Assembly (NCBI GenBank): GCA_026025795.1
Contig: JAPEUG010000031.1
Coordinates: 61,044-81,043, forward strand
DNA: 20,000 bases
Reading direction: 5' to 3'
DNA from: Thelocarpon superellum
Taxonomy: Eukaryota
This document shows positions 8,360-16,895 of this stretch, in pieces. Made by a program: the position numbers and the translations under genes. Within the stretch, counting starts at the first letter, position 1. Every line of letters begins with the position of its first letter. The notes below the pieces were generated by a model. That model had not been told where the DNA came from. It made no database searches and saw only the letters and a list, made by a program, of their open reading frames with translations.

Positions 8360-10617
8360 CTACAATTTCGCCTGGGCTTCGGTCGCCTTGTGCAGACCTG
8401 CCCCCCTCTGCGCGAAGTACTGCTTGACCTTGGCGCGGGCCATCTCCACGACCGACAGGTCCTCGACCGTCGCCGGCACCTGCACCACCTTCTCGAAATC
8501 TCCATGCACCCCATTCTCCACTAGCTCCCGTAACACTCTTCGGAGCGTCTTCCCACTGCGCGTCTTCGGGATCAGTCCCTTGCCTTGAATCATCCCGCCC
8601 AGGGACGCAATCGCCCCAATTTGCTCCCGCACCAGCTGCTGTATTTCGCGATAAAGCTCATCCGCGGGAACGGCCGACGACGGGTGCCGGGGCGTCGAGA
8701 GCGTGAGAAAGGCAAAGGGCAGATGACCCTTGAGCTCATCGGGGATACCCACGACGCAACACTCGGCGACCAGGGGGTGGGAGGATATGGCTTGCTCGAT
8801 CGAGCCTGCCGAGCGAGTCAGCCGTGTGTCCTTGGGGCATGGACGTAGGATGGCCTGCTCACCTGTGCTGAAGCGATGTGCTGCGACATTGATGATATCA
8901 TCCGATCGCGACATGACGTGCACGTAGCCTTCGGCATCGATCATCCCCGCATCTCCCGTATCAACCCACCGGCCGCGAAATCGATGTAAGTAGCCCTTGT
9001 AGTACCGCTCCTCGTCCTTCCACAACGTCGTGAATCCACTTGGCGCCAGGGGTGTCTTCAGTACAATGTTCCCCATCCATCCCGACGCGACTTCGTCACC
9101 CTCGTCGTTCACAATTCGCACATCCCACCCGGGCATCGCCTTCCCCGCCGAGCCAGGCTTGGGCGGTAAGGGTGCAGGAGAAGCCTGAAGCGCCTCTCGC
9201 GTCGCGGCTGCCGCACTCACCGCAATCGCCGAAATAGGCGAACCAGCCTCCGACGACCACCAATTGTCAATGACCAGGGCCCCGGGTGCGCAGTACTCGG
9301 AGAGCAGTTGCTGGTACATGTGCACGATGCTCGGCTCGCTGCGCTCGCCCGCCAGATACAGGCCGCGAAGACTGCGTAGGCCGCCGCGCTGTCCAGCATG
9401 CTTGAACAAGTGGTTGCCTGGGTCCTCTCTCCGGATGGCGCGCAGAGCGGTGGGCGCCGTGCTGAGCACATTCACGCCGTGCTCCTCGACGATCCGCCAG
9501 AAAGTACCAGCGTCTGGGGTGCCCACGGGCTTCCCTTCGAAGAGTACCGTTGCCGCCCCGACCAAGAGCGGCGCATATAAGATATATGAGTGGCCGACCA
9601 CCCAACCAATGTCCGAGGCACAAAACATAACGTCGCCGGGGCCGTGGATGCCAAAGACGTATTGGATCGATAATGTCAATCCCACCGCGTGACCGGCCGC
9701 CTGGCGCAGGACCCCTTTTGGAAGACCAGTAGTACCTACCGATTTGAGGATGAATCTTTGTCGGGCGACATCAACACCACGAGCCATCACTCACCGCTGG
9801 TGTAGATGATGTAGACGCCATCATCGCTCCGCACCGGAACGACCGCGGCCCTCAAACCCCGAGACTTGGCGCTCTCCACGAGCTTCTGCCAGTCTCTCTC
9901 GCCCTCACGCTCGACGACCGGGTCCCACTGTCGCTGATCTCGCTGCCATACCAACACCTTCTCAGGCTTCACCGTACTCCTCTTCAGCGCCTCCTTGACC
10001 AGGGGACGATACGCCACTGGACCCTTGGCTCCTTCAATTCCGCAGGATGCGGTCATGATCACTCGTGGAGCCGATGCATCAACGCGCTGGGCTAGCGACG
10101 GGGAGGAGAACCCCCCGAATACGACCGCATGGATCGCGCCCAGCCGGGAGACCGCCAGGCATGCAAACAGGGCGGCGGGGATCATGGGCACTGTGGCCAA
10201 TTAGGCCGGTCATCCACGTCCAGCCGGCAGTAACTCACTGTAAATCAGTACCACGTCGCCCTGTCGAACGCCCTCTTCTCGTAAGACCCCCGCCAACGCC
10301 TCCACCTCCTCGAGCACTTGACGATAGGTGAACTTCTGCGTCGTGAATGTGACGGGGGAGTCCCAGATGATGGCCACATCTGCGCCATGGCCGCCCAAGA
10401 CGTGCCGATCGACGCAGTTGTAGCACGTTGAGATCTCTCCACCAGGGAACCACTCCCAGTGTGGATGGCTGGCGCCCGACGGCAAGGTCTTGGTTGATTG
10501 CGTGAGCGTTCGAGCAGGTGGCTTATGCCAGTGGAGCTGCTCCGCCTGAGCGGCCCAGAACGACTCGGGGTCGGACAGCGATGCCGACTGGACGCGATCC
10601 TGTAGATGATATGCCAT
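8360..10617 (-). CDS. pcsA: Propionyl-CoA / short-chain acyl-CoA synthetase (PrpE/ACSS3/PcsA-like AMP-forming ligase), about 697 aa, 4 exons, C-terminal PTS1 (AKL)
   Basis: Exons 10617-10239, 10190-9795, 9735-8863 and 8805-8360 total 2094 nt in frame. Introns are 10238-10191, 9794-9736 and 8862-8806, all GTGAG...AG. Splicing reconstitutes LIYMPMIP, the AMP-binding motif YIIYTSGTTGLPKG and HRFSTGSIE. Other motifs are DPESFW, SDIGWVVGHSYILYAPL, EGKPVGTPDAGTFWR, LAGER (PrpE/ACSS3 type, not the VGEP of acetyl-CoA synthetase), DTGD and PKTRSGK. The gene symbol is by similarity to the Aspergillus nomenclature. Confidence 0.93.
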
Positions 10618-10827
10618 GGCCACTACATTCCTCCACTGCTGCTGTTCGGCAAACACCGGCTGCGTGAAGAGGGGGTGATGGTCACGGTCAATCTGCCAAT
10701 GCAGTGTGATCGGGAGGTGCCGCTGCGATTCAAGGCTCCGACAAGACCTCTCAGTCATCCTCGTCCGTTTTGTCCCACCTTAACCGTCAAGGAGAGAAGC
10801 CCGCTGTGGTCGGGGAGGACGCGACGA

Positions 10828-10866
10828 CCTCGGGCCGTCCGTTGACCCCCGCCCATCCCCGCATTT
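10828..10866 (-). promoter_or_regulatory. Candidate FarA/FarB site (CCTCGG) next to two tandem CreA/Mig1-type sites upstream of the acyl-CoA synthetase
   Basis: CCTCGG at 10828-10833. CCCCGC at 10847-10852 and 10857-10862, which reads AAATGCGGGGATGGGCGGGG on the minus strand (two SYGGRG matches, one with an AT-rich 5' flank). The module lies about 210-250 bp upstream of the ATG at 10617. Confidence 0.5.
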
Positions 10867-11042
10867 CCCTACGACGCTAAGGCCGTGGTCATCCATCCCC
10901 AAATTGTCTCGGCGAGCTTCCACAGCTGCGCCCATGATCTTTGCGCTTTAGCCAATGCGATAGACCATGTCCCATACATGCCACGCTTACGTATATGAAT
11001 GAAAATGTTCTGGCCAAGAGCCTAAGGTGCCGGCATCCCGTA

Positions 11043-11723
11043 CTAGTGATCGGTGTAGGACTGCTCGGCGACCTCATCTCTCGTTGCATTCCGTTCCTGC
11101 CAAAATCCTTTTCCATAGCTCACACAAATCTCATCGCCCTTCCCCACCCCCTTCCTACCTTTCCCGCTTTTGCCCACAGGACGTACCCAAACGCTCATTC
11201 TTCGCTCGCCGTTGACGATGCGCTCCCGAAATTCGGCATTCGGGGCGTCCCGGATACCTCTGTAGTCATTGATAAAGCGTGTCTCGTTGCCCATGTGAGT
11301 CGCATCGATGGCGAGGCCACGTTCCCGATCGAGGGACAAGTCATATGACGATTCCATGTCGACGTCGATGGAGGAGTGCACGAAGCCCAGGTAGTCCAGG
11401 ATCAGCGTATCCGGTGCCAGGTCGCGCACGGCGAAGAGGCCACGTTGGCCATGCGCTGGGTGTGTGGTCGGCTGGGAGATGGAGCGAATTCTGACCTGTG
11501 GGGTTGAACAAGTATCACACGTGTCGGCGGATCCTGAGAGGGATGCATCGCCTTTGATCCAAGCCAGATCGGATGGCGTTAGGGTCGGCGAATAGACTGA
11601 GAAGTTCAGGAATCGCAACTGCACAGGCCAGCCTTTGGGAGGAGTAGGTGCTATTGTCGAGTATGAGGTTGCCTCGCGGAGCGCTCGACGTGGTGGACGA
11701 TTGCGAATCCTGTCCCGCGGCAT
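11043..11723 (-). CDS. Small stand-alone SET-domain protein (putative lysine methyltransferase), 226 aa, intronless
   Basis: First in-frame ATG at 11723. SET motifs are HPAHGQRGLFA (SAM-binding GxG), ILDYLG, IDAT.MGNETRFINDYRG....PNAEF and GDEICVSYGKGFW. No pre-SET or post-SET cysteine clusters are present. Confidence 0.88.
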   Translation of the reverse strand: MPRDRIRNRPPRRALREATSYSTIAPTPPKGWPVQLRFLNFSVYSPTLTPSDLAWIKGDASLSGSADTCDTCSTPQVRIRSISQPTTHPAHGQRGLFAVRDLAPDTLILDYLGFVHSSIDVDMESSYDLSLDRERGLAIDATHMGNETRFINDYRGIRDAPNAEFRERIVNGERRMSVWVRPVGKSGKGRKGVGKGDEICVSYGKGFWQERNATRDEVAEQSYTDH

Positions 11724-13988
11724 CCTCTTCACCTGATGGTCCTCTCCCCTTGAAGCTTCGCCTTCCTCATCTAGTGCAGGAGCCTACGAGGTGAGAATGG
11801 AAGAAGGCAACCATGGGCGATAGGATCCCTCTCCGATCACGACGCCCTCCTCCGTGTTCGTAGGACCCTTACGTTACTCCCACGTGCAGCGATCGCGTCG
11901 AAATCGACTCCGTCAGGATTCGGACTAGGGGCCTACGGGGTGCTCAGAGCCTGAATGTGGTACTGTGGAAGTAGGATATGGGTCGTTATTGCCAATGCCC
12001 CATTGTCAATGATCGTCAGATATCATATGACGACTCGTACACGCTGGACAGCTGGCGCATGCCTCAGTCATGTGGCAGGCAAGGCTGAAGACGGGAGCAT
12101 TCCCCCAACATATGATTTACCGGCACATTCGTTTTTGTGGGAGGCTCGCGATGGGTTGGCGTCATTCCGGGTTGCCGAGGGTCGCGTGAAGGACGCGTTC
12201 CCCCTCAATGGCACCGACACGGGTCACAACAACCAAACTGCCGCGCTTGACCTCGATTGCTAAGACGGTTCGGCTTGGGGACGATCTCATGCGTCGTTCC
12301 AGTAGACGTTAGGTAAATTCGGCTGCAAGCGTGGTCACCGTCCGGGAAGCTCTGCGTCGATCGACGAGCAGCAGCGCCGCCGTTCCGGCGAGCCGTGGGG
12401 ATGCTGGTACCGATAGCGTCTGGCGTGGGATCCGAGACCTCGCCTCGTATTGCTCGACAACGAGCACTCGCCCACGCCAATTGTATGGGATGAGGATTTT
12501 CACGAGCAGGCTGTTAAGACTCTCTACTCTGTACTCGTAATTACTGGAGTGATCCAAGAATCACAGCACTCGACTTGCATTTCACAGTGTGACACAACGC
12601 TAGCGCGTCTAGACGCGGTGCTGTGCTGTGTTGTTGTCCATGGTCATATAATCTGGCACCAAGCCGCGCCAAGTCGGAAAGTACGAAGTACTAGTTAACG
12701 GCTTCGATTACAGCAGCAGGGCGGCGAGGCCGTACCTTGCATGCTTAGCTCCCGTTGGTGCGAGCTTATCCCACCACGGCCCTCCGACCCGGGCCCCCCT
12801 CCCTTGCGTAGCCATTCAGTGCCGTTGACCGAAATTGGCACGGACGTACTTCTGCTCGGGCCAGCTCCAGGTCCTTGTAGTGCTATCTTCGGTGCGATCG
12901 CGAACAACCCGTCCGAGCGGACAGACCCACTTTCGAGAGGAGGTTACGGAGAAACTGATCGGACGGAGAAGCTGCTCGTACATTGATGCATCGTGCCTGG
13001 CATGGTGAACCGAGATCGACTGCTCCGCCGTCAGGGGACGCATGTGTCCAACGGCCGTTGCACAATTGGTTTCCGAAGGCGACTGATCATCGGCACAACT
13101 CGGTCGATCGTCATGCGCGTCCAAGAGCTCGAGCGTCTAGATGAGTGTGGCTGCAGGCGACACAACCGAGCGCCGGAGACTTTGGTTCTCTAACATGGCA
13201 TCTGCATGGGAGCTCCTGGCTGTTCAGGGCAAACGCCGATCTCTGTTGCGCTGGTCGCGTGTCAACGCGGCAGCACCTACCGGAGCCTCGGGCGGCCCGA
13301 GTAGGGTGGGAGGAGGACCAGCGGCGCGCCCATTGATCGCTGAACAAGGATCTGCTCGTCGTGGGAAGGGTGCCGGCGCAGCCTCTTGCCTCCGGCCTTT
13401 GCGCGCACCCCAGCACGGGCCGGCCGCGGTTGCATCGGGTCTTGACTAGGTCGCGTCGCGGGGAAGGAGGCGTTCGCTCGCGTCATCCAGGAGCAGGCGT
13501 TGGCCCTTTCTACGAGGAATCATCAGCCACCAGGTCGCGCGCGAAGACGGCGAGCGCGAACAACCGCCACCGCGCCGCCACGCCACGAGTGTCGAGCGGG
13601 AAGGGGCGCGGAGGTGATGGTGCGCTGCGCGGCGGCGACCGGGGGTGGGCCAAAGTGACTTTGACGATGACGATTTTCCGTGCCCCATGCAGGGATCCGG
13701 TCTCCCGTCCTCGGCGCCCCTTTCCGAGAGATCGGGGTGGAGGAAAGCGGATCCTGGTCGGGGTCATCGTCGTTGCGGGGCCTCTGTCCAGGTCCCAGGA
13801 GGGCGAGTCCGTGGGCTCGAGGGCCCCGTAGAAAAGCCTGAGCGCGAGCGGACCAATCAGAGGGCCCGGGTTGGGGGAGTCGACGCCTTGGCGTGCCCGC
13901 CGGGACGGGGCAGCAGTGGTTCCACCACCGTAGAGCTGCCCCAATCCAGGCAAGAGCGGAAAAGTCTCATGGCGGACAGACGACAAGT

Positions 13989-14014
13989 GCTCACGCTGCT
14001 CACGCCGCTCACGC
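13989..14014. repeat. (GCTCACGCn)x3 tandem repeat, 9-bp period
   Basis: GCTCACGC-T-GCTCACGC-C-GCTCACGC read directly, about 490 bp upstream of the cell-wall gene ATG. Confidence 0.7.
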
Positions 14015-14143
14015 AGCGTGTGTTTGTAGGGGGCCTCTGGGGCTTAATCTCCACAAGCGAGCGAGGCTTACGGTAGCCAACACGGAGCATGCTGCCAGCT
14101 GCCAGGAACCATCTCACCCGAGTGCCAGAAGGACTGGTAATCG

Positions 14144-14169
14144 GCTAGTCACCCCTAGGGGCTACTAGC
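14144..14169. promoter_or_regulatory. 26-bp imperfect palindrome centred on two back-to-back STRE elements (CCCCT/AGGGG)
   Basis: GCTAGT-CA-CCCCTAGGGG-CT-ACTAGC, with 11 of 13 positions pairing. It lies about 340 bp upstream of the ATG at 14497. Confidence 0.5.
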
Positions 14170-14336
14170 AGCTGCAGTAGTGCCGCAGTAGTGCGCCTCG
14201 TCGCCTGTTGCTGCCCGGCCGTTCGAGTCGCGCGGCCAAAACAACACGCTGCCCGTCCATTCACTCGTTTCGCCCTGCTCCCTGCTGTGGGCCCACACCC
14301 ACCCTGGGGACACACGACCCCCCCCTCCACCTGCGC

Positions 14337-14496
14337 TATAAGTATTGACCCTCCCAGCTTTCCACCTCATCTTCCTTCCATAACCTACCGCACTTTCGTT
14401 TCCACGCAACCACCGGTCTCCCTCGCCGATTACATTCGTTTGCATAATCGTCCAATCTCTCTATCAGTCTCCACCAACTCTCCCTCTAATTCCACC
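14337..14496 (+). promoter_or_regulatory. TATA box, CT-rich leader and strong start context of the cell-wall protein gene
   Basis: TATAAGTA at 14337-14344, 160 bp upstream of the ATG, is followed by a pyrimidine-rich tract and CCACC-ATG. This layout is typical of highly expressed filamentous-fungal genes. Confidence 0.6.
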
Positions 14497-15033
14497 ATGC
14501 GTTTCTCCGTCGCTGCCGTCGCCGCCCTCGCGGCTGGTGTGTCCGCTGGCAACTACAGCACGCCCGTCTTCTACACGACGGACGTTGTGACCTCCTTCAC
14601 CACCTACTGCCCGGCGTCGACCACGCTCACGCACAATGGTGTCACGTACACCGTCAGCTCGGTACGCTTGGACAGCGGGCGCGCCCGACCCCTCCACCAA
14701 GCGCGATGCTAATCTCCTCTCCCTCAGGCCACCACTCTGACCATCACCAACTGCCCGTGCACCATCACCAAGCCCGTGTCCACGCCCGTCCCGGTGGCGC
14801 CCGTGTCCGTGGCCCCAGTGGCCTCGCCCATTGTGTCGCCCATCTTTAGCAACACGACCGCTCCGGCCGCCGCCCCGGCTACTCCGGCTACCACCGTTCC
14901 CGGCGCTGCGGCTCCCACCACCGCCACGACGCCGTCCAAAGCCCCGCTCTTCAGCAGCCCGGCCAACAAGGCTTTCGCTGCGTCGGGCGCCGGTCTCGCC
15001 GGCCTCGTCGGTCTCGCTGCTTACATCTTGTAA
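14497..15033 (+). CDS. ccg-6: Ccg-6/Mmc/Ccw12-Sed1-like small GPI-anchored cell-wall glycoprotein, 156 aa, 2 exons
   Basis: Exon 1 is 14497-14661, the 66-nt intron is 14662-14727 (GTACGC...GCTAAT...CTCAG), and exon 2 is 14728-15033. The protein has the signal peptide MRFSVAAVAALAAGVSA, the family motif YTTDVVTSFTTYCP.STTLTHNGVTYTV..ATTLTITNCPCT, a Pro/Ala/Thr-rich stalk, sequons NYS and NTT, and a hydrophobic GPI-type tail (ANKAFAASGAGLAGLVGLAAYIL). Codons are strongly biased to C endings. Confidence 0.9.
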
Positions 15034-16883
15034 GCGGCTGGATCATGACTTGGGCCTGGACGACAAGGGATTGGCGGTACGGTGCATGACTTGGGGCTTT
15101 CTCTGGTCTCCTGGATATCAAACGGCTTAAAAGGCATCGACTCGGAACGCATCGCGATGGAGATCGAGCCTTAATTTTCAGTAGTGGCGTCCTCTACGGT
15201 ACAGGGTTGACCCGGCCACGGAGGCGCATTCTCTGATCTTCTCTTGTAATGTTGTGCCTAGTATCGAGAGAAGAGTGCACTGGCAATAGACGAAGTGATT
15301 ACAATGAATTGTGGATAGCTGTTCGATCGTTCCGTGCGGAGTTACCTGAGGATTGATAGCATAGGACTGGTAGCTTATGCCCCACGTCGGTGCGGGAGGC
15401 AGACCGGGTTCTGTGTGACCTTGCGAGCTCCCGAGTACGTCGGAGGAGCCGACCGCGGACGACAGGACGAAGATTGCGGCCGCGACCATGTCCACCTCAT
15501 TGCGCCGCAGATGAAGGATGCGTGCTGCTCAAGTGGACTACTGCAGCGACGCAAGCCCAGCAATGCGACCCACGCTTGCCATTGATGCCGACGGTGATGA
15601 ATTGTGGGGCATTCTACGCGGACGACAGTATCGTGTGCTGCTATTGGAGTGCACCGTGGACGGCGTAGCATGCTTATCTCTGGGCGCGCCGTTGGCCGTG
15701 TGCGTGGCCTGACGGGATGGTTGTGCGTGGGAGGGCCTCAGTACCCGCACCGCTCACCCTGGCCGCGCCCGTCGCCCTCCCTTCCCCGCCACAAATTCCT
15801 CCCTTGGTCCCTGGCCCCCGTTTCTGCCACCAACGAGTCCCATGCTCGTACGTATTAGAAATCACCATTACTCGGACTAGCAGTGGCCCGACGTCAAAGG
15901 ACACGCCACTCTTCTATCGCGTGGGCGTTACTCTCAGAAGCCGCCCGTGGTCGCGTCGCGGGGATGGTTGGGGGCCAAGGAGCCCAGTCGTCTCTGGCGT
16001 ACTCGTACGGGTACTCTTGCCAGGCCTACAGCAACAGAGCTGTCCGACTACGGCTGTTTGAGAGCAGCTGCTCCTGCTGTCTGACGACGGCCGGCTGACG
16101 GATCGTGGGCACGGCGACGTCGAAAGGCAAATTCTCTCACGGGTGACGCAAGACCGTGACGCTGCCCGTTGGAAGCGAGAGCTATAATTGGACGTGCGAC
16201 AAAGACAAGGGCAGCGAGGGTGTGGGCGCGGGTGCCGTGCGGGCGCGGGTGTGGGCGGCCACCGGCTGGCCCGGCCCAATAAACACACCCGCAACGCCCG
16301 CGAGGCCTCGTAGGATCCCGTACGAGTACTCGAACGCGCGCTTTGTCTACGAGGGTACGAGCACGCTGTCGTATGATCGGCCAGACCTGCCGGACTAGTG
16401 CTAGCCCGAGATACCTCGGACTCGTCCCACTTCCTCTGACACCACGTCTAACCCACGCACCTTAACGAGAACCAGACCGCCATAGGGATTAGCGTCAGGA
16501 ACGGGCGTTTTTACCACTTGGTTGCCACCGGCACATCCTCCCACCCTCGCTCTTCCCTTCCTCAATTTCAGCCGGTCGCGGGAAGGGAAGAGAGGGAAAG
16601 CCGTTGAACCAGTGCGTTATCTGCCCTTCCCGCCCAACCACTTCAATTTTGATTGGTTGTGCACTACGTCGCCATGACTCGCGTCGGTTATTGTTGTGGA
16701 GATCTGCACGATAAGAAGGCGACATTTCATTCGCTGAAGCGGAGAGAGGGCAGATGAGGTTCCGTGGTGCGACCGACTGCACTGTGGACCAGGCGTACAA
16801 ATGAGTCTAGGGCACATAACGACGGCGGACGAATACCGCACAGTGCCGTCCGTCTCGGAGCGGGTTCTATCGGGAAAACAAGG

Positions 16884-16895
16884 ACGAGTACTCGT
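16884..16895. repeat. Perfect 12-bp palindrome ACGAGTACTCGT, a member of a dispersed GTACTCGT motif family
   Basis: Self-complementary and read directly. The same 8-mer occurs at 7766, 7868, 12531, 15999, 16322 and 17706. Confidence 0.6.

Noticed and set aside
8340..8362. Stop-codon readthrough at the synthetase end
   Set aside because: The context is TAG-TTG, not the leaky TGA-CTA, and readthrough would mask rather than create the PTS1.
1389..11723. Five co-oriented genes as a biosynthetic cluster or novel system
   Set aside because: There is no PKS, NRPS, terpene synthase, transporter or pathway transcription factor, and the functions are unrelated. Runs of co-oriented genes arise by chance.
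12695..14445. Many overlapping 60-160 aa ORFs on both strands
   Set aside because: Stop-poor, very GC-rich promoter DNA yields low-complexity Arg/Pro/Ala translations with no splice-consistent model.
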